Positions 46,839 through 61,409 of a DNA stretch of 64,000 nt are shown here, piece after piece. The notes beneath the pieces were generated by a model, which was not told the DNA's origin, made no database searches, and saw only the letters and a list, made by a program, of their open reading frames with translations. Source of the DNA: Eledone cirrhosa. Its lineage: Eukaryota. The position numbers and the translations under genes are program-made. The stretch covers positions 233,492,001-233,556,000 of the forward strand of contig OZ024742.1 of the NCBI GenBank assembly GCA_964016885.1, written 5' to 3'. Positions within the stretch are counted from its first letter, which is position 1. Every line of letters starts with the position of its first letter.

Positions 46839-47290
46839 ATTAAATAAATGGAAACTATATTTATAAAACCATATTTATTTCATTATATATATTTCAGGGA
46901 TATCATATTAACAATATGTTATGCCTTCTTCAGACAAAATACAATATAAACAGCCTTATAAATAAATAGATACGACATACCTTTCAATCGACTTGCCTTT
47001 GGGAAGTTGATTTGGCAGTAAAAATATTATGCCCAAAATGCAAGTCGATTGAAAGGTATGTCGTATCTATTTATTTATAAGACTGTTTATATTGTATTTT
47101 GTCTGAAGAAGGCATAACATATTGTTAATATGATATCCCTGAAATATATATAATGAAATAAATATGGTTTTATAAATATAGTTTCCATTTATTTAATATC
47201 ATAAATATACTCCAAATACTTGTTGAGTGCTTTTATATCAGTTATAAATATTTACTCGTTGTTAACCCAACAATTTAAATATAACTTTCC
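46835..47290 (+). repeat. Fold-back element (arms ~46835-46998 / ~47040-47202) with 3' tail; each arm holds a hammerhead
   Basis: Near-perfect ~163-bp arms flanked by (TA)n. Confidence 0.92.
47096..47159 (+). ncRNA. Putative type I hammerhead ribozyme
   Basis: AUUUUGU-CUGAAGA-AGG..CCU-GAAA-UAUAUAUA-AUGAAAU. Confidence 0.7.
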
Positions 47291-47341
<51 letters not shown>

Positions 47342-47381
47342 TTTATATATATATTATATCACACACACACAAACACACACT

Positions 47382-47456
<75 letters not shown>

Positions 47457-47460
47457 TATA

Positions 47461-47815
47461 TAAGTAGGTGTATGGATATATATACATATATAAATAGAGG
47501 ATAAAAATTGGTGATTAACTGAAACAATTGTTAGGTAATAAATTAATGAAGAAATGTATTTCATTGCAGTAGAACATAAAAGAAGGGGATTGTCGATTCT
47601 CACAGCTGGGATGAATTTCTTAGAACCTATAGTCTAGTATATAACCTATTGTTTTACAGATGGAATAATTAATAGTAGGTTTCTTCACAAAACTTGAAGA
47701 TTATGTCTCTGGAATGAAATACGTTTCTTAATTAACTTATTACCTAGTAAATGTTTCAATTAATCAGGTATTTTTATCCGCTATGTATATATGTGTATAT
47801 ATCCATACACTTACT
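47461..47815. repeat. Older degenerate inverted repeat (arms ~47461-47568 / ~47709-47815)
   Basis: Imperfect reverse-complement arms in a (TA)n context. Confidence 0.7.
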
Positions 47816-47825
47816 ACTTGTGCTA

Positions 47826-47918
<93 letters not shown>

Positions 47919-48091
47919 ATATACGTATATATATATATAATAGTTAAAACCGAAAACAAAAAAAACAAAAAAACAAAGCGAAGAGGCATTACAACGTGTT
48001 AGTATTAGTATTAGGTTCACGCTTGAGAGTGGGGGATATATATATAAATAATTTAAATATATATATGTATATATATGATTTATATACACAG

Positions 48092-48126
<35 letters not shown>

Positions 48127-48163
48127 ATATATATGTGTGTGTATATATATATGTGTATATATA

Positions 48164-48260
<97 letters not shown>

Positions 48261-48277
48261 ATGAATGTATATGTATG

Positions 48278-48358
<81 letters not shown>

Positions 48359-48887
48359 TCATGTATACGCGCTGGCATTTACTTCTAACGACAGGGAGGT
48401 TTCTGAGTTGAGGGAATTAGAATATAATTTCTAGCAGGTATACTGGCCGTATAGAAAGTCTCTTATGGTAAGATATTAGTAAGACGAGTGCGAATGTTCT
48501 TAAGTTCCGTTTCTTAGAAATTGTATTACTATAATACAATAATGTACGAATAACTATTCGTGACAATATTCACCCGTTTACGACAGTCAATTAACACATT
48601 TCAGATGTTTGCATATCAGAAATCATATCAGCAATGGAATTATGTATGTAATAATATTTGTCTTACATTACACTGTACATTTGTAATAGGCGTGGTTGAT
48701 GATATAATTGATTATATCAGTTCCGGTATCTTACTGGTATTTATTTCATTGGTATTTGAACTCAGATACGTAAAGGGAAGTAAATAAATAACGCAAGGTA
48801 TTTTAACCCACCGTTCTACCTATTCTGGTAATCTGTCCTTTATTCGTTGTTTCAATAATACTAGAATTCTTCAAAACTAAAATAAGA

Positions 48888-49630
48888 TAATTGTTTCTAC
48901 TCTTGGCACAAGGCCAGCAATTAATTCAGTGTATTACTGGTACATTATTTTATCGACCCCGTAAGGATGAACGGCAAAGTTAACCTCGGCGGGATTTGAA
49001 CTCAGATCATAAAGGGCTGTAAAAATAATGCTGAAGAAAATATATTGATTTCTTACATAGGCGTAAGGTGTTAAGTTTGAAGAATTTGATTAATTCAATC
49101 GCAGTACTATTTCATTTGTATCGACCCTGGAAAAGTGAAAAGCAAACCTGATATAGGCAGATTTTGAACATACATCTGAAATGTCTGTAACTATACACCA
49201 GATAGTATTTTGCCCGATGCTCTAACAATTCTGCTAATCGACTGCCTTGCATCCTTCAAGTAATTGGTTCTACCTTTGGCACAAGGCCAGCTATAACCCC
49301 AGTGCATTACTGGTATTTTATTTTATCGACCCCGTAAGGATGAAAGGCAATGCTAACCTCGGGGGGGATTTGAACTCAGACCGTAAAGGGCCGTAACTCT
49401 ATGCTGCAAAGCATAGTGTCTGACGCTCTATGGCTTCTAATTGAGGCATAAGGCCAGCAATTTTGATGGGAAGAGAAAGCAGATTAACTCGACCCAATAT
49501 TTGATGGGGACTGGGGCTTTATTTCTAAATAATTGTTTCTACTTTTGGCACAAGGCCAGTAATTACCCCAGTGCATTACTGGTACTTTATTTTATCGACC
49601 CCGTAAGGATGAAAGGCAAAGTTAACCTCG
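48888..49630 (-). mobile_element. Cluster of 4-5 truncated SINE copies
   Basis: Repeated TTTATCGACCCCGTAAGGATGAAAGGCAAAGTTAACCTCG blocks. Confidence 0.85.
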
Positions 49631-49867
49631 AATGGTATTTGTTTATGTGTGTAATGGATGCAAATTTGAAGCTGTTTGCTTGCACACTCCGGTGTGTGAT
49701 TGTGAGGGATGAGGAAGCGGAGGTTGTGTGTGTGTGTGTGATGTGTGTGTGTACGCAGACGCATGTGTGCGTGTGTATATGTGTTTGTATCTACTTGTAT
49801 GAATGTGTAAGTGCATTTATCTGTGCGCTGCATGTGTATGTTTGCACGTTTGATACTTGTGTGCTGC

Positions 49868-50112
49868 TATGTCTGTACATGTGCCTGTGTCTGTACATGT
49901 GCCTGTGTCTGTACATGTGCCTGTGTCTGTACATGTGCCTGTGTCTGTACATGTGCCTGTGTATGTACATGTGCCTGTGTCTGTACATGTGCCTGTGTCT
50001 GTACATGTGCCTGTGTCTGTACATGTGCCTGTGTCTGTACATGTGCCTGTGTCTGTACATGTGCCTGTGTCTGTACATGTGCCTGTGTATGTGCATGTGC
50101 CTGTGTCTGTGC
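49868..50112. repeat. 18-bp minisatellite (CTGTACATGTGCCTGTGT), about 13 copies
   Basis: Directly visible tandem array about 0.9 kb upstream of the Xlox exon. Confidence 0.95.
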
Positions 50113-50639
50113 ATGTGTGAGTGTGAGTAATTTATGAGAAAACCTCTGTCAGAATGACTACTAACTAAACATCTAAAAAAGAGGTGTGGTTAACCATCCA
50201 TTAAAAACGTATCTTAGAAATCTTTCCATTGGCTGATACTGGAGACTAGTGAATCGCCGTGAAACTTCATCTTTTGCCTTTTATTTATTTTCCCTCTCCT
50301 TCTCTCTCCCTTTATATCACCCCTCTCTCTCTCTATCTATCTATCTATCAGTCTATCGCTGTTAACATCGTCCTCTCCTACACTCTTTCTTCCTTTGTTT
50401 TTCAATGTCTCTCTATCTCATTCTCTATTTCTATCACTGTATCTAACTATATCAATCCACTATTACACAGTTAACAGTTAATCAGTCGTTCACTTCACAT
50501 TCACTCTCCTCTTTCTCCGTCACGTAAACAGCCAAATCGACACCAATATCATGCACAAACAATGTACTTTGTTTATATTTCACGTGAATTACTTTAGCTT
50601 CTGATAAGTACTCAAAACTGTTAAAATACCCTTCATTTA

Positions 50640-51037
50640 TTTTATCTCCATTCTTATCTCTCTCTCTCCCCTCTCTCTCTCTATTTCTCTCTCTTTCCTT
50701 CTTTCTCTCTATTTCTCTCTCTCCTTTCTCTCTCTCATTATCTCTCTCTCTCATCTCTCTCTCCTTTCTCCCACTCTCTCACTCCCTCTCTTTCTCTCTC
50801 TGTCTCTCTCCTTTTTGTTTTCATTCTTTCTTTTCAGTTCCACATTCTTTCACTATATACACGCCTACAGCCCTTACTTATCTACACATTTCTCTTTTTC
50901 TTCTTGTCCCATTTCACTTTTATGTTCTCTTACGTGCCCTCTTCACTCTTCACCTTTCTCTCACGTCCCCTCTTAATGTCTCATTCAATATTATTCGGTT
51001 TCTTTCTCACTCGAAGTCATTTTCAATCTTTCTCCAG
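50640..51037 (+). promoter_or_regulatory. Long polypyrimidine tract ending in a candidate splice acceptor (TTTCTCCAG|, 51037)
   Basis: About 400 bp CT-rich, ending in CAG just before the coding start; could alternatively be promoter or 5' UTR. Confidence 0.5.
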
Positions 51038-51045
51038 ATGTTTAA

Positions 51046-51767
51046 ATGCTAATGGACGCGACTAGTAGTGCTTACTTCCCGCCGCACCACACCCGTCGCC
51101 TTGCTCGCAATAATCATCGATTCCAGCGAACAACACTTCCTCCATCACCGCTGCTGCTACTCTCACCTACATTGTCAGACCAACTCCAAGAATCTCACTG
51201 TCTACCACAACAGAAAAAACTTATGTTTCCGCGAGACACGGGCAATTGTTCTTATATCGACCCTGTAGTGACTTTACCTGTCGTCACTTATGGTCACGGA
51301 GTATGTCCAACATTACACGAACCTCCACCCGCATGTATTTATGCCCGCAATTCTCCTCAAGGAGCATCTGCTGGTTATGGCGGTCAAAATATGGCTGTAG
51401 TCGAAGAAGGTTTACAACAGCAACAGCAGCAATTACACCTGTGTCATCATGAGGATTTGACATCTTCCAACGTATCTTCTTCATCGGCTGTAGTGACGTC
51501 ACAATCTTCAAATACAACTCCATCAAATACTGCAAGCACAGGACCTGCTGCTACTGGGTCACCAACGCCGAACACAAGGACTGAAGGTGCGGTAACTGCT
51601 GTGACCGCAACAGTTGCCCCAGTGGTAAATACTGTGGGTAATATAGTTGGTGTAGTTAGTTCACCTAGTACAGGTGCAGTCAACAGCACTACAGTAAATA
51701 ACGGTGTATCTGATGGATCAAATGCAGTTGCAGCTGTAGTTTGTAGAGGGCAACAACCACAACAACC

Positions 51768-51805
<38 letters not shown>

Positions 51806-52321
51806 CGAACAATATTGGACAATTACATAACCAACATACGCAACCACTTCAGTCTCATCAGCAACAGCAACAGCAACAACAACAACAACAATCCCAGCAA
51901 AATAGTCCTACTAGAAATGCATTAAACTCGAATCCAGCCCATATGCAAGCGTCAGTGGTGGTCACACCTACAGTAGTAGGTAACCACCTTAACACAGAGG
52001 CTTTACCACACTTACACTCTCACCAAGCTCACCATTCACATCAGCAATCGCTACAGCATCAACAACAACATCCCCATCACACTCAACAACTCCATTCACA
52101 AACTCACCAACAACCACCACCTGCTCATTCGCAACCGTTACACCATCCTCATCATAATCACCATCCTCATCACCATAGTTCAGTATCGCCAGGTAATACA
52201 CTAAATTCTTCCCCCAGTATTGGCACATCTTCGCCTAATGTTCGGCAACAACCAGCACTTCAATTTCCTTGGATGAAAACCACCAAATCTCACGCACATC
52301 AGTGGAAAGCCGGTTGGCCAG
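51046..52321 (+). CDS. Xlox: ParaHox Xlox/Pdx homeobox gene, first coding exon (homeodomain exon not found in window)
   Basis: EPPPACIY matches the Pdx1 N-terminal PPACLY motif; FPWMKTTKSHAHQWKAGWPG matches Pdx1 FPWMKSTKAHAWKGQW. The G|GTAAGT donor at 52321/52322 is at the usual post-hexapeptide intron position. The middle is poly-Q and His-rich. Confidence 0.93.
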
Positions 52322-54089
52322 GTAAGTATTTTTACTTCAATTTCTCAATTATTGCAAAACTAACCTTCATTATCAACTATACAATCACTAAATCTGCCGC
52401 ATTCACGACAGCTAACTAGGATTTGGGGAATTTATGCTTTAAAAAATTACTACAAAAAAACAATTTACTTGGTGTCAATCTCCATCAATGGATTGATGTA
52501 ATTCAGAAAAAAATATTGTGCATAAAAGGCTGTGTATGAGTAAGTGACATATGTTTAAAATAAAACTAAATTACGTCAACACAGCCGGCCAGATTATTTC
52601 AGCTAGTAACAGCTTAGACCCCCCCAACTAACTCAGTAACATTACTCGGTCACAACATAGTATGCTTGACAGTTGTTACTTCTGCCCATTCGAACTACGA
52701 ATTGAAATTTGGAGAAACATACGTAGGCTTATACAGTTTGTCAGGGAATCCTCGAAAAAAATCTAACAAAGTTTTGACTATATTCAGATGTTTAATGTAT
52801 TTTGGAGGTACTGTAAAATAGTTGCAGCAAATTATAGTAGTACGTTGGTATTTTGATTTGATAAGAAGTAGAGTGATACTAGTTCCACTGTTAGTTGATT
52901 TCTTATCTACATTTGTTTTTCGTTGGATGCCTTTTATCAAATATTTCCGACATGCTTTCGATTTTAATACGAATCAAATTCCATTGAAGTGAATAGATGT
53001 TTAATACATTAGGTAATCCCAATGATCCTATGTAGTTACATCATTAGATATATACTGAAAGATTTTTTATAAAGACTCAATTAATTATCATTGTCCCCTT
53101 TTAATATAGAGTTATCATAAGAGACATCAATATCAAAGATATGTTCGAACTAAAACAAGTATAAAACAATTACATTCTCTCAACCTCCAAGGGAACATTC
53201 ATTTTAGCAATATCAATTGACACTACGTTTCCACCTCTTTCAAAGGTATATTTCACTATTATGTTTTGTGAGTGACTACTGTCTAACTGGAGCGGGTCTG
53301 GTGAACATATTTTTAGAAATGTACTAACCTGTTATAATTATGAACTCACCATTGACTTGGAATTAGTTCAATTGCCAAACGATATAAAAATATATTATTT
53401 CAAATATTCCTCCCTCAATCTTTTCTCCTTTAAACATAACTTAAAAATTAATATTGTAAATATTTTTGTCTCTGCATCTTTTGTTATTGAAACTTGTTGC
53501 TGTTTACAAATATGTTATGTCTAATGTCAAGGAACCACGTAAAACGTTTAGCTGTATTAAGATTGAAATTCAGTTTTATCGAAATATAATTTTATTGAAA
53601 TATGTTTTAATATATATCTTTTGTTATTTATATTCACATCTGTTTAAATATTCACACCAAATATCACAGGGCATTTAAATTTTTTCCTTGCCACTTCTCG
53701 AGGTTCGCAGCAAATACATAGAATATATAGAAACAACAATAATTGCAATAATCAAGTTCTGATTTTCTTTTAAATACTCTGTTTATTATTATTTCATTAT
53801 TGCTATATTAAAATTGTTTCTTATCGCACTATTTGAACACTATTTATTTCTCCTTTCTGGGTGAACATCATCAACATTAAATTCGTTTTATGTTTATTTG
53901 TTTTTTTTTTCTTTTTGTAAACATATTTTCATACTGCAGTGAATATTGACAGATATTTTTTAAATTAAAAATTAGTAAACCTAATTTATTATATAATGAA
54001 AATATTCCTAAATCAATTAAAGACAAACATTTATAATATATATACAAAACAAACAGTTAGAAGCCACTACCAAAATAATCACTTACGAT

Positions 54090-54615
54090 AATCTGACCGG
54101 ATGTACCAAAAATCTGGGGGGCTTAAATCAGGGTTGAGTGTGGTCCACTCAAAATCAGTTTTTAAACTGATCGCACGATTTCCAAAGTTATTTTTCAGAC
54201 ATACTCGCAACTCATTGGATGTGTGTGGGCTTGCTCCGTCTTACTGGAACCAGAACATAATCATTAGAGATGACAACATGGTTTTTAGTGCCTTTTTGAA
54301 GTCTTTCATTGCTTCCACATACTTCCACACCATTTTCTTTGAAGAAGAATGGGTCAATCAACCCTCTTTCAGAAATAGCAGACTTCAGTCGTGTGGAGAG
54401 CTTTCACAGCCATTCCAATAGGTTTAGCTGACCCTCAGAACACATTGTTCTTAAAGTTTATCTTCTCTTCTAAGTGAAAGTGGGCTTCATCAGAGGTCCA
54501 CAGCAGATTCAGAAGATTTGGTTTGTTTTGTATTTTGTCCAGCATGTTCTCAGCCATAACCTTTCTCTCGGTTTTATTAGCTACAGTAAGCTTTTGTTTA
54601 GTCTGTATTCTGTAT
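54090..54615 (-). pseudogene. DD41D (rosa-type) Tc1/mariner transposase relic
   Basis: LWTSDEAHFHL..INFKNNVF and WFQ*DGASPH..EWTTLNPDLSPPDFW, with 41 residues between the second and third Asp. No TIRs seen. Confidence 0.82.
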
Positions 54616-54717
54616 AGTTGCTTCTAAATTTTACTCTGGTTTATATATATTACAATTCACACACACATACATATAAATACATACGCACACACAAACATAA
54701 ACACAAATACACACACA

Positions 54718-54816
<99 letters not shown>

Positions 54817-55092
54817 GTGGTTCACCAATGACTAGCACCGGTGATTCCGTTTAGTTAACCATGATGTAAGAAAAGCACTCTAGGTTACGAAACTCATCCG
54901 TCGTTGATGTTGAATCCCGTGGCTGGTGCAGGAACGGAGTTGAATATTAATTTGATTAAAATAACAGGTGGCCTTGCATAATTAGTTATTCGATAAAGGA
55001 ATTACGGCAAACGCAAACAGTGAATAGAGAAAATGTTTGATTCGGAGATGGCTCGCGAAATAGGTTTTATTGTTGCTGCAGACCATCTCCGA

Positions 55093-55152
<60 letters not shown>

Positions 55153-55206
55153 TAGAAAATATGTGAATCTGCGAATAAATACATGTACATATATATGTAT
55201 ATATAA

Positions 55207-55304
<98 letters not shown>

Positions 55305-55371
55305 GCGTTAACCTAATATAATCCTTCCAAATACTGTACCGATCGTGTTGTTATTTCTGTCTACCTTTTAA

Positions 55372-55403
<32 letters not shown>

Positions 55404-55413
55404 GTGTGAATTT

Positions 55414-55451
<38 letters not shown>

Positions 55452-55879
55452 GTTTGTTTCATTTTGAAAACAATCAAGAATCTTTATTAAATAAAATAAT
55501 GTACCATTTCAAAGTTGGTTTTTGAAATATAAAAACGGATTCTTAAAATTTTGAAACGTTTATATAATTATGAATACATTAATACTAGCAGTTTTGGTTT
55601 AAAATATGTTAAATGAATTCCAAATAATGCAAGGTGCAGCAGGTGTTAGTCGTGTTGTTGATCAGAATATTTAACACCTCATAACTCGCTTAATTCCGAT
55701 CATCTAGAAAGGCTATTTCAAATAGACACATTTTCTGACCACGATATTTATTTAACTTAACAAACCAAGATTCATGTGATTCTGGAAGCTAGTAATATGT
55801 CGAAATTAACTTCTACCTTTTACATATTTACACATGAAATCGTACACACCTAGACAAACAGACACGCACACCCGCACGC

Positions 55880-55910
<31 letters not shown>

Positions 55911-55983
55911 TACATATATATATATTTGGTTGAAGCAATGTGGAATAATAAAAATATTTTGGAAGCCTCAACAATGCAGATAT

Positions 55984-56072
<89 letters not shown>

Positions 56073-56160
56073 TACATATATATATATTTGGTTGAAGCAA
56101 TGTGGAATAATAAAAATATTTTGGAAGCCTCAACAATGCAGATATATCCATACATATATA
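55880..56160. repeat. Tandem duplication of a ~55-bp unique core plus microsatellite
   Basis: TTTGGTTGAAGCAATGTGG..CAACAATGCAGAT at ~55925 and ~56087. Confidence 0.85.
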
Positions 56161-56406
56161 TATATATCATATATATCATGTCCACTCAGCTGGCAATAAT
56201 TAGTTGTACCTGTACTTCGAAGAAACAGCCTTGTCACACTGGATCTCCCTGAGAACTATGTTAATGGTAGTGTGTCTGTGGAATGGCCAATCACTTGCAC
56301 GTTAATTTACTGAGTAGGATGTTCCGTTGATCGTGTCATCAAGAACACTTGTCGTAACCGATGGAGTTATAGTTGGTTATAGTTAGAGTACCAGTTAGTT
56401 ATGACG

Positions 56407-56546
56407 CATAGAGTTACGGCCCTTGCCATTCTGAGTTCAAATCATGCCGAGGTTAACTTTGCCTTTCATCCTTACGGGGTCGATAAAATAAAGTACCACT
56501 ACTGTACTGGTAATTGCTGGCCTTGTGCCAATAGTAGAAACAATTA
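56407..56546 (+). mobile_element. SINE copy, 5'-truncated
   Basis: Same unit as the 3343-4915 cluster. Confidence 0.85.
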
Positions 56547-57061
56547 TATATGTATATAAATATATTCATGAAGTATAATTGTCAGAAGAAATTAAACATT
56601 ATCACTTGAATAAAAAATATAAAACATTATTTATAATTTGAAACGGTTTCTTCCATTAAGAGGAAGGTTAGTTGTTGTTAAAAGGGTACTCACATGCAGT
56701 GGCGGACTGGTCAGGTTGCCAGTAGCATTGCAAGAGCCGACAGTAGAATTGCAGGGCCCACTGTAGTATTTTAGGAGCCAATGGTTTGCTTTCAAAAAAT
56801 AACTGAAATCTAAGAGAAAGAATAAATTGTTTTTAAAAATAAATAAAACAATTAAGCCAAGCATTTGGTCAAGCAATTCGCCAGGGAATTACTAGAAACC
56901 AAAATATACGATAGTACAAATAGCTGGAATCAGTGGTTGTACATTCTACTAAATCTAAAGTTTAGTGTATTCATTCATGTATGCAAACATACATATAAAG
57001 ACACAGACACACAAGCATATATATATACATATATATATATACTTACACACGAACTACTCAC

Positions 57062-57123
<62 letters not shown>

Positions 57124-57124
57124 T

Positions 57125-57166
<42 letters not shown>

Positions 57167-57196
57167 AAATACTGCAGGTAGCACATGGTAACATGT

Positions 57197-57290
57197 AATA
57201 AAATACGTCCCTCATCAGTGATTTGCCGAAGATCTTTAATGCAATGAAATATCTATGATCTTCGGCAAATCACTGATGAGGGACGTATTT

Positions 57291-57295
<5 letters not shown>
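57197..57295. repeat. Perfect hairpin (~39-bp arms) containing CTGATGA, abutting (TA)n
   Basis: TAATAAAATACGTCCCTCATCAGTGATTTGCCGAAGATC / GATCTTCGGCAAATCACTGATGAGGGACGTATTTTATTA. Confidence 0.88.
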
Positions 57296-57344
<49 letters not shown>

Positions 57345-58055
57345 ATTGTGTGTATTGAGTGAGTGTGAAAGACCAAAGGTCAATATTGAAAGTCGACCTT
57401 AAGTAGGAGCAATAACATTAAGAAAGACATGAACGACACCACAACACTTTGGTTAGAAAATGTTGAAAGTAGGTTTATAAGGCTTTCGTAGTTGTCTCTG
57501 TAGCCTAGCGGGAGGTGCTAGAGACGGTGGCGTTGGGTTCAATCCTGGTCAAGAGGCATATATAGCCGCTTTCAGTTTTTATTTTACAACCAATAGAAAA
57601 AAAACTGAGAAGGGTTACCGGGAACCCTACTCCCAATCAGAACCGAACTTCAAAACAGGATAACCATCGTCTATGATTCCCCCAACTAGGCCACTGAGAA
57701 GGCTATAAAAGTGTAATGAAAATTGATAATTATAAACCTACTTTCAAAATCAAAGTTAAAAAGATGTGGTGTCGTTCATGGCTTTCCTAGAGCTATTAGT
57801 AATATTTAGGGTCGACTTCTGGTCATTATTGAAAGTCTCTGGATTTTGCAAAATACATAATATTTTTTATTGGAGAAAAAATCTGATTCCACTGTTTTGT
57901 TTCCACTTATGTATTTTTCGAAAATGTTATTTATTCATTACGAAAATTAAATGATAGCATTCTATATGTAGGTGGGCTACCTTCAAGATCCCGTTAAGGA
58001 TGAAAGCAGCGATTCTTTGCTTAAACTTTAATCTGTTATTTTAATAAATAAATAA

Positions 58056-58101
<46 letters not shown>

Positions 58102-58462
58102 ATGTTCAAGACCTCGACGACAGAGCTCAAGCCGTTTCGAGGGCTATTTCGAGCTCTGGCGTCGGGGTCTTGACCATTTTCCTATTACCCACTCTACTAC
58201 CATAAGTATTGAGTTCTCTGGTGCGTTATGGTCCACCTGGTTCCTTACCACACTTCGTTCGTTATATATATATATATATATACCGTTTGTGTTGTCATTT
58301 CTGTTTACATTTTACACAACACACACACACACACACACAAATATATATTTATATATATATGTATGTATGTAAGTATGTATATATATATGGATATATATGT
58401 AAACACATATATATTATATATACATATTTATGTGTGTTAATATATATATAGGTATGTATGTG

Positions 58463-58623
<161 letters not shown>

Positions 58624-58690
58624 ATTGGTATTCCAACATAGCAATATACATATAGCTGTGTGTATTGTATATTGAATAAATGTTCCGTTT

Positions 58691-58752
<62 letters not shown>

Positions 58753-58850
58753 GTAGAACACTGGAAGGTAATATCCATAGTAGTAGACCACTCAGTCCAT
58801 AGGACGAGTTAGTTCACCATACCAAGAACAATTGTTTCACCTTACCGGAT

Positions 58851-58889
<39 letters not shown>

Positions 58890-60085
58890 GCACAAATCTA
58901 AGGTATCAAAACATATCAGTTATGTATGATATTTGTGCTTCTCGATAGAAAAGCTCTATGGACGTTTGTCCAGAGCAAAAATAATTCCAATTAATAGATA
59001 TATGTAGATATACATAGAGAGAAAGGAACTTATTTTGTGAGAACAGACAGTATTTTGTATACATAAAGAGTACATATTTCAAGGAAGAATATGTACCTAT
59101 AGTGCTATTTCATGATTCGATTAACATATCTTAAAATAGATCTAAGCAATCGATCATCGATCACCAAATAACGATTTGGTTAAGTTATAGGAGACGCGAA
59201 TCAATCATCAGAGGAATTCGTCAATTATGTAAATCAAAATGCATATAGTTGCAATATAATATATAAAACAAAATGTCTATATCTGCTAGGAATTCAACGA
59301 TCCATCTCCACGCGAAATGCACCATGGTGTAATAACGTAGTAAATACAATATTCCTTTCTCTTTCTCTATACATACATACATACATACATACATACATAC
59401 ATACATACATACATACATACATACATACATGATGGCTACCCCCCTCGTTATCGAGTATGGCTATTGCACGATATACCATTATTAATAATTATTGATTAAT
59501 TCTATCGTGCAATGCCTGAGCGTGAAGATTTTTTTTAAAGTGAGGAACGACTGTGCACTGAGCCAATCCCACTCTCTGAGCGACAGTAGCTATAACCCGA
59601 AAAGAAGAAAAAATCAACATCATCGGTAACTACTGAGCCGCAGGTTTTATATCGGAGTTATCCCAGTTTCCTGAGTTGCCTTCTCCTAGAATAATGCCCT
59701 AACAAAGGCTAGGGGTCCTTCACTCCCAGTGGTTTAACCGCGCGATCGGGTGTCCAACCCGACTATGTCCGCGCGCATATACATATACATACATATGTAC
59801 ATATTTACACACTTTTGGATGGCTGTTGACTCTTATGAGTTCTTCCGCCCTTTGTCAGGTTTTGTTTTTTTTCCTGCGGGGTGTCCAAAATCACCCTCCT
59901 CACCAAGTAAACTTGGTGGGTTGCCAGTTTAGTCGCCGATGACCCGACCATGCGACAGGTTGTCCTGGGTTACATGTGACCCGACATACATACATACATA
60001 CATAATACATACATACATACATACATACATACATACATACATACATACATACATACATACATACATACATACATACATACATACA

Positions 60086-60636
60086 ATGTGGAAATTAACT
60101 GCCCAGCAGATGCCAATGTGGAAATTAGCTGCCCAGCAGATGCCAATATAATATCAAAGATTAGTGAAAAGGAGAATATTTATGCAGAACTCATGAGAAA
60201 TCTGCAGATACTCCACCCTGATTACACCTTCAGATTTATGCCTGTGATTATTGGGGCACTGGGGTATGTTAGTAACTGCCTCAATACAAATCTTGAGAAG
60301 CTAGGCTTCACAGGAACAGAAAGAACATAACTAGTTAGGAAATTACAAGTACAATCCATTTATGGAACAGTAAAAATATGTAAAACATTCCAAAAATCGT
60401 GCGTCTAATCACTGCATATACACATGTACCGATGCAAAGCATATAGACATACACACATACGACTCAAAACTTACACATCCACACATACAATAACATCCAT
60501 AGCTACACATGCATGCATACATACATATCTACCTAGTTAATGTTGTGTAAATTCCAATGAGAGAGACTTGGGTCTATGTTAGAAACCGACTCTCTCTCTA
60601 TTGGTAAAACTTTGTGAAATTATAAAACCAGAAGAA
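60086..60636 (+). mobile_element. Second 5'-truncated copy of the R4/Dong-like LINE in (CATA)n
   Basis: VEISCPADANIISKISEKENIY..PVIIGALG and the same 3' end; 30-bp tandem duplication at the 5' junction. Confidence 0.9.
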
Positions 60637-61409
60637 CATACATACATACATACATACATACATACATACATACATACATGGTGGCTGCCAACTCGTTTTC
60701 GAGTACGGCCACTACTTTATATCCATGTAGGGGAACCCCTACCGATGCGCTGAATGCGTGTGACTTTTTAGTCCAGCCAGCGACTTGAAAACTCTGGTAC
60801 AAACACTACACTTGTGACAATTATTGACACATAGTGCTGGGCCAATGGTACCATGTGACGACAAGTGCAGAGAGATCTCCAGATATAAAGCAATGCCTGT
60901 GCCGTGAAGCCTTTATAGTGAGCAAAGGCACTGCACAAAGCCAGTCCCATTCTCTTAACCAAGTTGATATTTACCAAAAGAAGAACAAGTCAACATCATT
61001 GGATACCATCAGGGTTGCAGGTGTTATATCAGAGTTTTCCTTCTCCTAGAATTCTGCCTTGACAAAGGCTAAGGGGTCATCTCGGTGATTTTGGATGGCC
61101 ATTGACTCTTAAGAGCTCCTTTTCCCTTTGAAAGGTTTTGTTTTTAGTCCTGCAGGATGTCCAAAGTCACCCCCCTCACCAAGAAACATTGGTGGGGTTG
61201 CCACTTTAGTCGCCAACGACCAGACCATGGGACATGTTGCACTGGGATACATGTTTACCAGTAGCACCATACATACATACATACATACATACATACATAC
61301 ATACATACATACATACATACATACATACATACATACATACATACATACATACATACATGGTTGTGTTAATCAGCTGAAATCGCATGATCCTGGGACAAAT
61401 CGGATTCTA

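Noticed and set aside
49791-50137. Cys/His-rich repeat ORFs resembling metallothionein or His-rich proteins
   Set aside because: Readouts of an 18-bp minisatellite that is open in several frames; no gene structure.
51046-52321. Assignment to a Hox gene (lab, pb, Hox3, Antp)
   Set aside because: FPWMKTTKSHA..WK and PPACIY fit Xlox/Pdx better.
52322-52419. C-terminal 32 codons of the 457-aa ORF
   Set aside because: They lie after a consensus GTAAGT donor and are intron read-through.
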